A stretch of DNA of 64,000 bases. Origin: the human T2T-CHM13v2.0 reference genome, Homo sapiens. The first letter of the stretch is position 1, and each line of letters opens with the position of its first letter. A program made the translations under genes and the position numbers. A model generated the notes under the pieces. The model worked only from the letters and a program-made list of their open reading frames with translations. It searched no databases and was not told where the DNA came from. The stretch lies in the NCBI RefSeq assembly GCF_009914755.1, contig NC_060931.1. One strand, given 5' to 3'. Shown piece by piece: positions 1 to 15,332 of the stretch.

Positions 1-983
1 GTGGTGCCCATCCCTCTCGAAATCCCACTGTCTTGCCCACGCCTCACCACCCCACCTGATCACTTCCACCCCAGCTACTTTGCCCAAGCATCCTGCCTCT
101 CACTTATATCAATGAATTTTATGCAAAAGCACCCATTTATACTCAGCCATTACAGTTTTACAGTGATATTGTGGAAAACATGACCACACTACCCAATATC
201 TCCAATTTGAAGAGGCAGAGATGAAAAACTTTATAGAGCCCAGTATCAGGAAAAGTTTCTCTTCCCTGAGGAAGTAATTGCTACAGCTTTTTTCTACCTT
301 ATAAACAACAACACATCATGTGTAACTCAAGCTGCTCCTATTTTATTTTCCGTTTTAATTGATTCAGGAAACTTAGGACTCTAATCATTTGCTCCAACCC
401 AAGAGCTCAGCTTCTGGTTTATGTACTGGGACTCAAGTAAGATTTCATTGGAAGAAAAGGTCTTATTATTAAAAGGTTTGTAAACTACTGTTCTATTCCC
501 TAATTTTTATAGACTTACATTTTCCCATTTTGCTGTTTTTATTCCTGTAAACCACTTCAATTCCTATGTGAAACCATTAGAGGTGTACGTGAATAATTAT
601 ATCAACTGTAATAGCAATCAGTCGATTGCATACAGTTCTTAATGTCTTAATAATTCATGTTTTATTTTAATCCAACAATTCAAGAAAGCTCCTTTAGTGC
701 TATTTCCACAGGCTTCTTTAAGAAAGTTTCCAGGCTGAGTCACTTTGAGGCACTTGCTGACTTTTGAAAAAGCTGTCCTGAGAAGAGCCACTGCCTCTTT
801 TTCTCATCAAGTAGATGGGCAAAAGAAAAAGACTAGACAAATTTACTGGCCGTCTTGCTTACTGAGCAGAAAGCCTTTCCAACCCTGACACCTAATCAGC
901 ATCAGCGATTTCACCGCAAACCCGATGTGATGTTACACAAATACACCAGCTTTATGAGTGACCGTCCTTTGGATCAGCGGTTC

Positions 984-1158
984 TCAAACTTTAGCATGCA
1001 TCAGAATCACCCAGAGGACTTGTGGAAACACGGAATGGAACACTTTGCTTTATCCCCAGAGTTTCTGAGTTAGTTGATCTAGGGTAGGGATTCTAAGAAT
1101 TCGCATTTTTAATGAGATGAAGCTGATGCTGCAGGTATGGAAACCACACTTGGAGAAC
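984..1158. mobile_element. MER5A-like hAT-Charlie DNA transposon
   Basis: CAGCGGTTCTCAAACTT..CATCAGAATCACC..ACCACACTTGGAGAAC termini. Confidence 0.75.
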
Positions 1159-1574
1159 AAAAGCCTCAGATCATTCCATTTTCCTGCTTGATAATCTTCA
1201 GGGACTCTGCACTGCCTACCAGGCTAAGCACATAAATGCTTCAGCTTGGCATTCAAAACCTCCTGGATAGAGCCCATAGGAACTCCTACTCCATCAGTCC
1301 ATACCCCTGTGCCTTCATCCATTACCTCCTCACTCTGCCCAGAGCACACACAGATCCCGTGCTCTGGCTCTTTCTGATCAGAACACACTTCTCATTGTTC
1401 TATTCATTAAGGTACTCATTCTTTAAAAGACTACAAGAATGCCACCTCTTCCCAGAAGCCGTCCATAATTCATCTTCATTAGAACTCTTTTCTCTGGGCT
1501 TTACTAAAACACGCAAGCCAGCCCTGCATTCTAATTAGTAGCTATTACCTAGCTCTCTTCCACAAGATTATATA

Positions 1575-1790
1575 GAAGAGTAGTTAAGAAGATGCATTTG
1601 GAGATAGAAAGACCTGGGTCCAAACTTTGGCTTGGCACTTAGCTGTGTGACACAGAACACTTTCCTTAACCATGAGCCTTAAAATGAGATAACAACAGTA
1701 CCTACTTCCAGGGATACTCATGAAGGTTAAATGACATAATCCACATAAAATACTAAATAGCATGCCTAGCAGTTAGGGCTCAGCAAACAA
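1575..1790. mobile_element. MIR SINE
   Basis: Core motifs GACCTGGGT..CTTAGCTGTGTGAC..AAAATGAGATAACAACAGTACCTAC..GAAGGTTAAATGA. Confidence 0.7.
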
Positions 1791-1910
1791 AGGCAGGTAT
1801 TACCTGGAGGTTTTGGAACATCCTCCAATTCTTCAACATTTCTCCCCTGTCAGGTTTATGTCTCTTCACCTTGAATCTGAGCTATGTGACTGCTTGATTA
1901 GTAGAATATA

Positions 1911-2082
1911 CAATAGCCTCCCCTTATCTATGGGGAATATGTGCCAAGACTCTAAGTGCATGCCTGAAACCACAGATGGGACCTATATATATGGTTTGGT
2001 TCAAGGCTGCAGTGTGCTATGGTCGTGCCATTGCACTCCAGCCTGGTTGACAGAGACCCCTTCTTAAAACAAAACAAACAAA
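1911..2082 (+). mobile_element. MER44/Tigger-like 5' fragment fused to an AluJ 3' fragment
   Basis: CCCTTATCTATGGGGAATATGTGCCAAGAC..ATGCCTGAAACCACAGAT is followed from ~1999 by GTTCAAGGCTGCAGTG..CACTCCAGCCTGG and an A-rich tail. Confidence 0.6.
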
Positions 2083-2824
2083 CCACCTCTATATTCATTG
2101 GTACAAAACAGCCATACTGCTTTGTAATTTCAAGTAACCAAAGAATGACAGATAAATAGGAGAGACTAACAGTCACTTTGAAAAGCAAGAAATTCATGAG
2201 GCCATCATCTGCATACAAGGAGAGATCAAAAGGAGACACGGCAAAGCAGTTGCACAAAATAAAACAACTTTGAGGGAGTTGCACAAAATCCAGGGAAACC
2301 TAAGTAGGTGGGGACCAAACAAGAGAAACATGGTTATTTTTATTTTATTAGATATATTATAAATATTAATATTTTGCAAATATTTTGTATTCTTACTTTG
2401 GCCCTATTATTACACAGCCCTCCACAGTGGGTCTAAGAAAAATACCATATCAGTCATGGTACATAATCTTAACAGCCCAGTACTTTTCCATTGTCACACT
2501 TATCACAAATGCAACTTATTATGGTTAGTGTTCTTTACTAGACAATAAATTTTAGAAGTACCAGGACTATTTAGCTTACACTCTCTTCCCAGTGCAACAC
2601 CTGATATGATAAATATACACTGAGAAAATATTTACTAGGTGAACGTTGAACAGCTAAGCACTAAAAAGGCTGTTGGAAGAACTAGAACAAATGCCTGAAT
2701 TAATTGAGCATGAATTCACATGGAGTATAAACACAATGTCCTTAAAAAACAAAGTTTCTACCCTGACACAGAAATTGCATTAGGAGCAACTATTTGCTGT
2801 CACCAGTTAGAAAATAATGCACTC

Positions 2825-3005
2825 TTAAGCTTAGCATGGTGGTACACACCTGCAGTCCCAGTTACTTGGGAGGCTGAGGTAAGAGGAGCTCTTGAGCCCA
2901 GGAGTTTGAGTCCAGGTTGAGCAACATAGCAAGACCCTGTCTCTATTTAAGAAAAAAAGAAAAGAAAATAGAGGGAAAAAAAGAAAAAGAAGAGAGGAAA
3001 TAAAG
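2825..3005 (+). mobile_element. Monomeric Alu (FLAM-type)
   Basis: Single ~125-bp monomer plus A-rich tail. Perfect 15-bp TSD GAAAATAATGCACTC (2810-2824 / 3006-3020). Confidence 0.88.
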
Positions 3006-6000
3006 GAAAATAATGCACTCATGCTGGAGGAGATACTTTTATTCCCAATCTCTTCTGTCTATTCAAGTCCTGTTAATACCTCCCCACCAACCCCCTCACA
3101 CACACACAACAAATTACATTTAGAGCCATCACCCAGAATTCAGAGCTTCATGGAACCATACTTTAATTAACATCAACTGTAACTGCTTCCTCAGATTCTT
3201 TCTTTCCCTTTTACTGTCAATCTATTTCCAAAAGTGGTTAACGTAATCTCCCTTAGACACTGTTTTTACCACATCTGTTTCCTACCTCGGAGCCTACAGT
3301 GAATCTTAATTGTCAACTGTCTGAAATCTAAACTTATTAAGAGTTTAACATATTCACAGTATCTATTAAGACTTTCTGAAGCTCTTCCATTAGTTGTCCT
3401 ATCTACAGTCCACCAAACCAAACTCACAACTTGTTACTATTCCCATACAGGCACAAAAACACATGGAACCTCTGATGTAGCCAAGCAGACATGATGGAAG
3501 GTTGCTTCTCAGTTATGCCAGTCAAGTCTCATTATTTTGTCAAGAAACTCCAGAAGGAAGCCCAATACACTTTTGAGACTTTTTTATGAAAAATGTATTC
3601 CCAGGCACTCACGGAAAGAGACTCATCAATAGAAAATCATCAACTCTAAGTTAACTTGACAGGATTACTTAAAAGTTTGTCTTAAAAAGTCTAATCTAAA
3701 ACTAGATTCTGTTGATTCAGGCTTCATGAAAGGAAACCTGAACTTTCTAACAAGGCCAATGACACATCCGCATTTTAATACATCAATTACTTAAAATACT
3801 GAACTCTTCCTTGGTAGTGCCTCTATCATGACCCTGGCTTACATAATCTACCCTCGCAAATTCACTTCAACTTTTATTGATTGGAAAAAATAAAGAATTT
3901 TATAACATCAAGGAAATCCATACAACAGCCTTTCATGGAAACCAAACCAAATTTCTATTTAAGGACTGAATTTACTACCTGCTGATGTTTTGCATATACA
4001 AAACCAAAAAAAAAAAAAAGATCAAATATGAAAAACTAAAAGATTTACAAATTTAAAAACAAAATGCAACTACAAGAGACAGACTTAATGACTAAAATAT
4101 GCAAAGATGGTCAGGGTGGAAAGAGCAGTTCCTTAGTAATTGTGTCCTTGTGTATTTCAGAAATCTCCATCACTTCCCTAAACTCAGGTTATGCAGCATT
4201 CTCAAGTGCACCAGCATGTTCTCTCTCATCCTATTAGAATCATACCCTAATTACAGAAAAGCACAAGCTTTTGGTATAATTAATAAGAAGGACACGTTAA
4301 AAATCAATGATGTTCCTCTACCTTATTATACTTGCCATTCAATAGGATCTTAAAAATCTTCAAGGCTTTACTTCTGTTTATAATTACCTGCGCTCAATTG
4401 CAAGGGAACAGCAAATGAATGATTAAACATAGAATACTAACAATTTCTTTGTAGCTTCAATTTCTATGCAGCTTTTGAAATTTACAATTGATTACAGGTG
4501 TGTAGAAATGGTCTGAGCCCTCGTAGCAATTAAAGTAAAGTAAACAATCCATAAATGACAACTTTCAGCTCTAGGAAAATGCTTAGTTTCATTAATGTTG
4601 CCTTTGGGGGAGAGACATGGTGAGGGCTAAGGTTAGGAGTCAGACAGAAAATGGCATATATCCTATTAGCTTTACTTTCTCTGTTCCTAAAGTAGGGGTA
4701 CTACCACTGATCTCAAGAGATTTCATAGGGATAAGAAATAATGCCTATGAAGTGCCGGACATATAACGAAAACCTAACAATATTAAGCTTCATCTCCATC
4801 CCCTGTTCAATCTCTAGCTTGTTGTAAATAGCAGTTAACCTCAGGATTCCTGCAAAGCATGAGCCAAATGGAATTACCCTTTTCTTGACTTTGGTTTGCT
4901 TAATGCCTAACCCACCATCATGGGATGGATGGAGGTGGCTGTAGAAAAGAAACTGTTTTAGTTTAAAATGATAAAACCACCCTCTTCCTTTTTCATTTTT
5001 TAGTTTACTTTTAGCTGGTTGTGAACAGAGGTGGCTGCAAACAGAATTACTTATGCAAAGTTGAAAATAATGCCACAAAAAATTTAAAAATTTACATAAT
5101 AAAGATGATGCTGCACACTGTATATGAGCACACTGCATTAGACCCTTGTTTCCTCTTATAATCAAAACATAGAATTCCTCATAAAGGTGGCAAAAGAAAT
5201 TTCTGCAAAAACCCATGACTTGTAGCTTAGCCACCCATGAGCTGGCTAAAATGTAATCAGAATGCCTCAAAGGAATACCTTGTATTTTCAGATCACATGG
5301 AATTCTAAAAATGAACTGTTAATTAGACTGACAGTCCCCATAATTGTGATCATCTTCATAGTATACAAAAATATATTCCTGGTTTCATTCTATTTGTAAC
5401 CCTGATTCTATCCTGCACCAGAACGGATCAAATGGTATGTGGGAGATTGAGCTGCGAAAAGCCTCATCTTTAGTGTGTTCTCCTTACATATATCTTGGTA
5501 ACTTATTAATAATCAGCAGGCAAATGCTATGCAGTTACTTCATTTGCTTATTATATGGGCCAGAAATGGTGATCATAAACATTTTGCTTTCATGACCTCA
5601 TCACCTGCATTTTCTAATATATGGAAAAGCAATGTTTTGCATGGTATTCTATTTTTTGTTTGTTTTTTACTAATGGTAAATGTTTATCAAAGAAAACATT
5701 GACCAGAAGAATCAAAGTTGATTATTTCAGTGTTTGTCCTGCTGGAACAAATACAATGCTACTTAAAAATCATCAGCTATTTGTTCTTTCTGAAAACTGA
5801 TTTGCTTGCAGAAACAACACAAAATCTGGTCAACACCCTTCTTCCTTTCTCTAGCATGGCACAAAAGCATTATCTCAACAGACAGGAAAGGAAACTTAAA
5901 TTAATTTTTGTTTTCATAAATTCAGCTCTGCTCAGCAAATTAATTCATTCATTAATTATAATGAACAGCACAAAAAGGGTATGTTTTGGTCAATCAAATG

Positions 6001-6474
6001 CCTGCATTCACAGGAGAATTCTGAAATACAAAAGACTGCATGTTTTACTTAGCTGAAACCAATAAAAAGCCAGATTGTTATTCTTTTATCAGGATTTAGC
6101 AGACATGTCATATGAGGAAAACATTCACAATACTCTGTAGCATACTCTGCGGCTGCTTTTAAAACTAGAGTGGAACCATTATTCTATTTAAAGTGATTGC
6201 CTTTGTTCTATGTCAAGATTCTAGCACTGAACCATACAACCATAAAGGCTTTTTAATTTGAAAAATAAGGCATTTAATTTCTGCATAAGAAACTGTAATT
6301 CAATTTTAAATAGTAAAATATGTAATACATTTTGAAAGGGCCCTGAAGTTGTTAAAATGGGCATTTTCAGAATAATTACTTTTAGTTTAAAGGTATACTT
6401 TTTCAAGAAAATCACTGCATCATTATGCAACGTATTTGAATAGTTTTTACATTTATTTTAGCAAAAATAGATGA

Positions 6475-7119
<645 letters not shown>

Positions 7120-7179
7120 AATTTTAGCAAAATCAGTTTTAAAAATAGTCCCTCCTTGACTAGTATTACCTCCTTAAAA

Positions 7180-7378
7180 CAGCATTTCCCAAGCAGCAGC
7201 AATTTGGTCCCCCATGGAGAGACCTTCTTGTTGTCACAACCAAAGAGTTGCTACTGGCATCTAGTGGGTAGAGACCAAGGATGCTGCTAAATATCTTACA
7301 TGTGCAGGACAGCTCCCCCCAAACAGCAAAAAATAAATGGTCCCAAATATCAACAGTGCTGAGGTTGAGAAAACCTGC
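7180..7378. mobile_element. MER20 DNA transposon
   Basis: TGCTACTGGCATCTAGTGGGTAGAGACCAAGGATGCTGCTAAA..GAGGTTGAGAAA. Confidence 0.8.
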
Positions 7379-7779
7379 TTTAAAGCAAAATTACTTAAGA
7401 GCTTTACATTTTATTTTTAATTTTGAACCCAATGAACAGTCAAGTTTTTGAAAAGGAAGATCATTCTAGGCAAACTCAACATACTGAGTCACGGTCTGAG
7501 AAAAGTAAAACTTAGGCCTAGATGGCACTATACAGAACAATTAATTTTAAATATATAAAGCCAAGAAACAGAATTTTCTAAACAGATACAATTTTGGCAT
7601 AATACATCTTCACTTACATGTACTTCAAACGTTATTTTTATGCCTGCTACATAATAGGTATTCATCAAATCCTTATTGAGGAAGGAAGGAGGGAAAGATC
7701 TATCTTCCTATATCTTAGCCCAGGATATTTTGAAAGATAATATTGAAATCAAGATAGGGTCCCTCCCTCTTGGACTTCA

Positions 7780-8200
7780 GCAGGTTGTTAATGTTGCCCC
7801 AAGTCCTCCCTTCTTCCATAGTACTACAGCCAGCCATGGCCATTTTCCAGGCTCCTATGCAACTAGGAAAAGTTCCATGTCTATGAAAGGTCTCACCGAT
7901 ACACCTGTGTGCACTCTGCAGAAGAAAGACCATACTTAGAGGAAATGCTTGCCCTCCATTTCCCATCTTTCCCCCTTACCATATGTTGGGATGTGGAGCT
8001 GGCACTGATCCTGTTTTAAGCATGCTGATGAGGCTAACTCCCTAAGAAGAGTAGTAAAACAAAAATAACATGGGTTGTTGAATGACCACTTAGCATGGAG
8101 CTGCCTCTCCAGCTGGGATCACTCACCTCCAGATTGTTATGTGAGAGAAATGAACTTATTTAATCTATTTATGTTGAGTCTCTTTCTTACAGCCACTTGT
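7780..8200 (+). mobile_element. MLT1 (MaLR) LTR, degraded
   Basis: MLT1-like 3' end (TTGTTATGTGAGAGAAATGAACTT..TCTTACAGCC). Confidence 0.5.
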
Positions 8201-9795
8201 ACAAGGCAATTCTATAACTGATAGTTTCCTATGTTATTGGGGTCATAAATGCATTCTATCTGAAGAAATGTTAAACTGGCTAATTTTTAAAAGTTTCAAT
8301 GCAAATAATAATTTAAAGTCTAGATTATATAGTTACTTTATATGAAGGTTAGGAGGAAGAATTGCCATGGGTTTATGGTCAATCTCATTTATCCAATCTA
8401 AAAGGAAAAAGGCACAGAAAAAATCTGAAGATAATTGCCAAAGGAATTCATTGTTTAAATGATATAATATTTATGTAAACTCATGCTAATGATGGCAGGC
8501 TGGGCACTGTAAAATGTAGGCTTAAGCACATAATTTTGACTTTTAAAATTTTATGATTATAGCATTTTCATCGTCTTGACTTTGTCTCTCTTTGACTAAG
8601 ATACCTGTAAGAATACCAGTAGCAACAGGAAAAAAGAAACAAAGGCCAGAAGACTCCACAAAGTTAATTAATCTTGAATCACGGATTTCTGTATAAATTG
8701 TGTACGCAGATTTTGAATAGCCAATTAAATTTAATTCAAAAGCTTCTGTGCCTATCTTGGTGTTCAGAAAATGCAGCTGCTTCTCTTTGGGCACATTCTT
8801 TATTGAACTGCAAAATATTTTTCTTTGGACTTTATCTGAATGTTATCTGTTTGTTCAAAGATTTATTCCTACTCTATGTGAATATGGAGGAATTGTTGAC
8901 AAACTAAATAATTCCCATGAGAATCAATTAAAATACATTTCAGTTAATCAGCTTTATGCAATTCAGATTTTTCCATCAATATTGCTCTTTTAAAAAATTA
9001 ATGTCTTCAATACTATCATGGGCTTTTTATACTAGGAAGTATCTATACCTTAAATATATGAAAATAGCAAAGGTACCAAGATATATATTGCAATCTCTTA
9101 ACATCCTCCCCATCCAAAATTATATTTATGGATTGCTTTGAAAAGTCCATTGCAATTAATTCAATGATGTATGCAATTTTTAATAACTTGAAATCAAAGC
9201 TTAAAGATAGCATGATTTAAAGTAAAATAGCTTCATCTGAAATATATGTTTAAAGATTTTAAAATTCTAAAGAATTTGTCTCACAACAAAATCATTTCTA
9301 AATTTAATAAAGTTCAGTGTACAAATTAGGTAACTTTATAATTTATATATTAAGTTCAAAACTATTTACTATTTTCAGAGGAATATTAATTTTGGCTGAA
9401 AAAAAAAACCAAGATGCACTTCCTTCACAGTTGAATAGCAGCACACTGATTACCGATTGAGGAGATTTTGATTCTTGATTTAGGAGTAAATTGATCTCAT
9501 AATGTAAAACAAAATTAAAATGACAGTTTCACAGCCTCTCTCCTTCCCAATTTCTTTCTGGGGCATTAGTCACTCAGTTACATTCCACCCCTATAGGAAA
9601 AGGCAAACAGATGACATACTGTGACCAGTGAATATCCCAGGGAACACTCAATCAGTAAATCACCACAGTGATACTATGATGGCTACCACAGGTATGTGAA
9701 GACGACATTATTACCTACTGTAAAAAACACAATCATCTAAATAAAGAAATCACAATTCTCAATTTTAAACCAAAAAAGCTTCAGGAATCTCCATA

Positions 9796-10201
<406 letters not shown>

Positions 10202-12017
10202 TCAGAAGTCTCCAGGCTTTTTGTTTGATTTTATCTATAAAAAAAGGAAACTGGTCTTGGCCAGTGGTTCTCCACAGGAGCAGTACCCTAGGATGTGTTT
10301 TGGAAACAGATGAGCATTTTTGGTTTTCACAGTGATTGGCACTTAGGGAGGCAGAGAAAAGATGTGGTTCCTTTCCACATATCCAGGAACTGTGCCATGT
10401 TTCAAATATCTCTCTGTTCATTCCTTTCACTGGAACCTTCTATATGACCAGTCTAGAGGGTAACTCCTTTTTACTTATTAAACAAGTCAATATAATTTTT
10501 AACAAACTGAATTTTCCAGGGATTCAACTCCTGTGTATGTGCGTACTTTTGCTTGCAACTTTACTAAGTCATTCACCATTTCAGAAAATCACCTCACCCA
10601 CCACAAATCTGCTGACTCAGAGTAAACAACATAGCAGGATGGGATCAGGATTCTTTTGCAACTATTATATTCATGTCAATGCCATGAATAGGTTCAAATA
10701 GACACGTGTTTTATCACGTCTTTCAGTACAGTCATGTCTGAGCATTTATATATTGAGTACATCATATTTTATTTTAAATATTTTCCTGGTATCTTTGTAT
10801 TGGTTTTGTAATTTTTAACAGAACCTACTTATACATGCAATTCTCCATAAATTTCATTGCAGGATAGTAAGAAGGTGATAACATATTTTATGAAAAGGAG
10901 ACACCACATCTGACAGGGATGCAAAACACTGACCTACAATATCATCTAAGGCTCCCTGTAATTCTAACATTCCTTGACTCTATGAAAAATGTTCATTCGG
11001 CAAGTGCTGATTATTAGCAAGCCTTTACGTCTACTCTCACATTTCAACATTTCAAAGTATTGCAATTAAATTAAAAAGAGAAATACATGTGGTTGCTAAG
11101 GTGATACATAAAAACACAGACTTCACTAAATGTTCAAACATTGATGTGAGTAGTGGGGAATTCCACAGTGCTGATGCCTTTCACAAGTTAACACAGAAGG
11201 ACCAAAAAATATATATATATATCTAAGGCACAGCTGGAGCCCTTCACTTCTATCTCACCACAAGAGGCTATACTACTGGCCTTCGCAGCTGACTGTGCCC
11301 TTGTTCTGTCCTTGGGCTAAGGGTCACATATGTTAGTTACATGCTGCCTCAGCATTTCTCCCAAAAATTTCATTCAGGAAAATTTACATTTGCCAGCAAT
11401 ACAGATGTTCTCAATGTGGAATAGGATGAATATAAGCAAACTGCAAATGTCTACTGAGCAGAACTTGTCATTCAAAAGGCAACACCTTCAACTCAGTATC
11501 GGCCACTATACTTAACTATACTACCATTTTTCTGTGGCAATTTGTTTCTGCAATCAAATTGATGGATAATCACTACATCTGCTATGCCAACTTCTGGTTT
11601 ATGAAAATACATTGAAGACATGACTTCAGGAACTATCTCTTCTTCCCACACAACTGAGTTCTCCCCATGTCCACCCTCTCCATTATTATGTCTGACCATC
11701 CAGCACTACCACCTCCCTCCTCTACCATATACGCTCCTGTCACAGGTAACAATGTGTTAACATTCCACAGATTTTCATATGTACATTAAATTAGACTTCC
11801 TAAGACAAGGTTTGAGGAAACAATTCCCTGATGAAATAAGATAAACCCATACTTAATAAATATATCCTTCTTGGCCAAATGACCAAGAACCAAAAAATAA
11901 CTAATTACAGACAAAGTATTAAATAGAAAAGAAGGAAAAAAACAAGCACCAAATTATGTTTGATCTACAAACCAAAATAAACGCAAGATCCAGAATACTT
12001 AATTGGAAAATTGGTGA

Positions 12018-12323
<306 letters not shown>

Positions 12324-12915
12324 CACCATTGTTTTTTCAAAAAGAAAATTTTATTGAGACATTTAAGTAATATATTCTTTGTAAGCAATTACAGAAATAT
12401 TTCAAAATTACTGAAAGACCAGAAAAAATTAACACTTTGAAGGTATGGATAAACATTTACTTTTTAATGCATGAGTTTCTAAAAATAAAAAAATAACAAT
12501 TTTTATAGGAAGAAAAATATCTATTACCAGCAATATTTTTTATAAACCTCAACTTTTCCTCACTGCCCTCACATACATGTAGGATACCAAATTAGCAATT
12601 TTCTGAAAACACGTTTCTAACCAAATAAACATGTGAAACATAAAAGGATTTCTGAACGAGTACAGCTGACTCCTCAAGTTTCCCGTACTAAACAGTTTCG
12701 TCTCGGCCCCCAGCATTTCAATGACCATCTGACTTCAGTGTTTGTTTGGGCTTATAAAAGTTATGGGTTAGTGTTTGGGGTGAAGAGCACATTTTGACCT
12801 GATGTAACATTTTAAATCTATTTGATTCAAAAATTAAGAAAAAGAAGGTTTGCCAATGGCTCTTTGAAAAAAGCAAATGATCCAGCATGGAGACCCACTC
12901 CTGTGTCGTCCTTAC

Positions 12916-13023
12916 CCGCAGGGCCTCGATGACAAGGTCTCTGGCCTCCAGCTCCCCTTCCATCACGCTGAGGAGCATCCGCAGCTCGGATTTACTGAGA
13001 GTATCCACATCAAACTCTTTTTT
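12916..13023 (-). CDS. CTTNBP2: CTTNBP2 coding exon 2 (108 nt, [36 protein letters not shown]; start of the CortBP2 N-terminal coiled-coil region)
   Basis: Minus-strand acceptor TTATTTTTTTATGTGTTACAG| at 13024 and donor CGG|GTAAGG at 12915. It is in frame with exon 1 (phase 0/0). The peptide appears within ORF 12718..13080 and matches the CTTNBP2/FILIP-type LSKx[16 protein letters not shown] motif. Confidence 0.96.
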
Positions 13024-13479
13024 CTGTAACACATAAAAAAATAAGGCCATGAAAAATCTTTTCCTAAGGAAGACACACACATCCTAAGGGTATGCAATGA
13101 ATCAGTTTTATCCCAGTGGCTCGGCAGATCCAGCAGGCACCGGGGTACTATTTGCAGCAGACAATTTACGCCTTGACCTTCTAGGAGGAGAGGTAAAAAC
13201 TATAACGCCAATCTCTCAACTCTCCTCTCCAAGGAGCTATAGTTGCCCAGCCTGCCTGCACACCCAGACTCAAAATCTCTCCAAATTACATAGCACAAAT
13301 TTAAAGTCCCTGGAGTCTGAGGCAAAACAGGTCTGGTACATCTTGGGGGAGTGGGGGAGTTTCAAGAGAAGCAAAGAAAGCATGGATGTATTCCTAGAAG
13401 GGCCCCAGCATAAAGGTTCCTGGGAGGTTATTATAAATTCCAGAACATCCAATAATAATAGGTCATGCTTATACACTCT

Positions 13480-13730
13480 GCAGCAGAGGCCACCAGCTGG
13501 CAGCCAAATCTGGCCCACAGATGTGTGTTACTCGGGTCACAAAGTGGGTTTGTCGTTGTTGTTGTTTTTCATTTAGCCAACATTAAAAAAAATCTGAAGA
13601 TGTCACCAAAAAATCCAGATCCCTGGCTTGTCTTTAAATGTCAGATGACTGGGTAACTCCAGATTCATATTTCCTCAGGGCAATAATCCACCGAGCCAGG
13701 AAGTAGCTGCCCCTTTAGAAGGAACACATT
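13480..13730. mobile_element. hAT-Charlie (MER102-like) DNA transposon remnant
   Basis: CCAAATCTGGCCCACAGATGTG..GTAGCTGCCCCTTTAG motifs. Confidence 0.45.
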
Positions 13731-15154
13731 CCTCATGTTGCCAACCCTCCCTCACCAGCACATACACACACACACACACACATACACAGTACAGGCACAC
13801 GCACTTTTAAGAAGCCAGGACTGCCATCCATGTGTGGTCATCTGGGCTGCCATAGTCAGGTGGGTTTGGAACCCCTGCTGTTTGGTTATCAAAGTGACTT
13901 CTTATGAATGCCTCTGTAGCTTCTTGGCAGGCCTGGGAGGGAGCTGAGGCTGGAGTAAGTGAGCCTTCCAGGGACCCAGCTACAGTACAAAGTCAGCACC
14001 AGAGCCCTAGGTGTGGGGTGGGGTGGGGGGGCGGTGTGGTGGTTCATAATTTCTCACACAAGGTTCTTCCAGCCCTTTTGTCTTCTCTTGTAGATTTCTT
14101 CCCTGAGTGACTGCATCCAACCTCTCATGGCTTTAAATCCCATGAATATACCATTGACTCTCGATTCTTTTGTCTTCCACTCCAACCTTCCTCATAGCAA
14201 CTTTTACAAGTAGGTTCTCTGGCATTTGTTTTAGAGATAAAGCTGAGAGCAAGTTCACAGTCAGCCTGGGTGAGTCCAAAGGCTGAGATCCTTCCACCAG
14301 GCACACTCTGCTCCTCCCTTCTGTACACAAACTCATTTGACAAGCTCAGTCACCATCACAGGGAAGAGTAACACAACATTTATCCCCAAATCTCTCTGTA
14401 GACTCGCCCTCAGAAGCCATTGTTCAAAACATGCCAGAACATTACTTCACACTTGCATAGCACCCAATGGCTTCCAAAGTATTCTCAAAGAATTGACTCT
14501 AATTTACACCATATTGCCACCTCCATTTTTAAAATAGAAACTCAGAAAAGTCAGATGATATATGCAGATCATGCAACTAACCAGTAAATGGTAAAATCAG
14601 GATATATGATCAAATGCCATGATTTATCTTCACACTTTACCGGCATGGCACCAACATTCTAGAATAAGCTCTTTGAGATGAGATAAAAATGGTACCATCC
14701 TGTCAGTCAGCCAACATGAACACTGGTCTATTTCTGTGAAGACACAAAAGTATACATAGCAAAGACAATAAATGATTTCAGAGGCTTTCAAACAGGCATG
14801 ACCAGAATGGTCACATTTAAGTTTCAAAATAATCTTCTGGAAAGAGATATGACGGTACAAAGGGGAAAGAGACTAGAGCTAGGGGGTTCTCTCAAGAAAG
14901 GTTTTAAAAGGATCTCTCTCTTAAAATTATTTCTTTTTGCATATACACTAGACAGAGAAGTTATTTGGAAAGGCAAGCGCTAAGGATAAAGAGAAAAGGA
15001 AAATCTATAGCAAGCATAAATCATGTATAGTTCTGAAGAATCCATCCTTCAGAGATTTCTTGCAGATGCTCCCTATGAACAGTAAAATCCAATGTACCAA
15101 GTCTCAGTTTCTGCTCCTACTACACAGTAGTGTCCATAAGGTCTTATAAACTAA

Positions 15155-15332
15155 TTGTTCTCAAACATTGGCATGCATAAGAATCACCTGAAGACCTTGT
15201 GAAAAAACAAGCCACGGGGCTCCACCCCTGGAAATTGTGATTCAGTGAGTCCGAGGTGGGGCTGTGAATCTGCCCTTCTAACAAGCTCCTGCTGATGTTG
15301 CTGGTCCACGGACTACATGGTGAGGAGCACTT
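15155..15332. mobile_element. MER5A-like DNA transposon
   Basis: GTTCTCAAAC..GCATAAGAATCACCTG..TTCTAACAAGCTCC..GGTCCACGGAC. Confidence 0.75.

Noticed and set aside
4713-5270. 185-aa minus-strand ORF in intron 2
   Set aside because: Non-ATG start, no resemblance to CTTNBP2 or any family I recognise, and no convincing exon boundaries.
12718-13080. Whole 120-aa ORF as a gene
   Set aside because: Only 12916-13023 is exonic; the flanks are intronic read-through past the splice sites.
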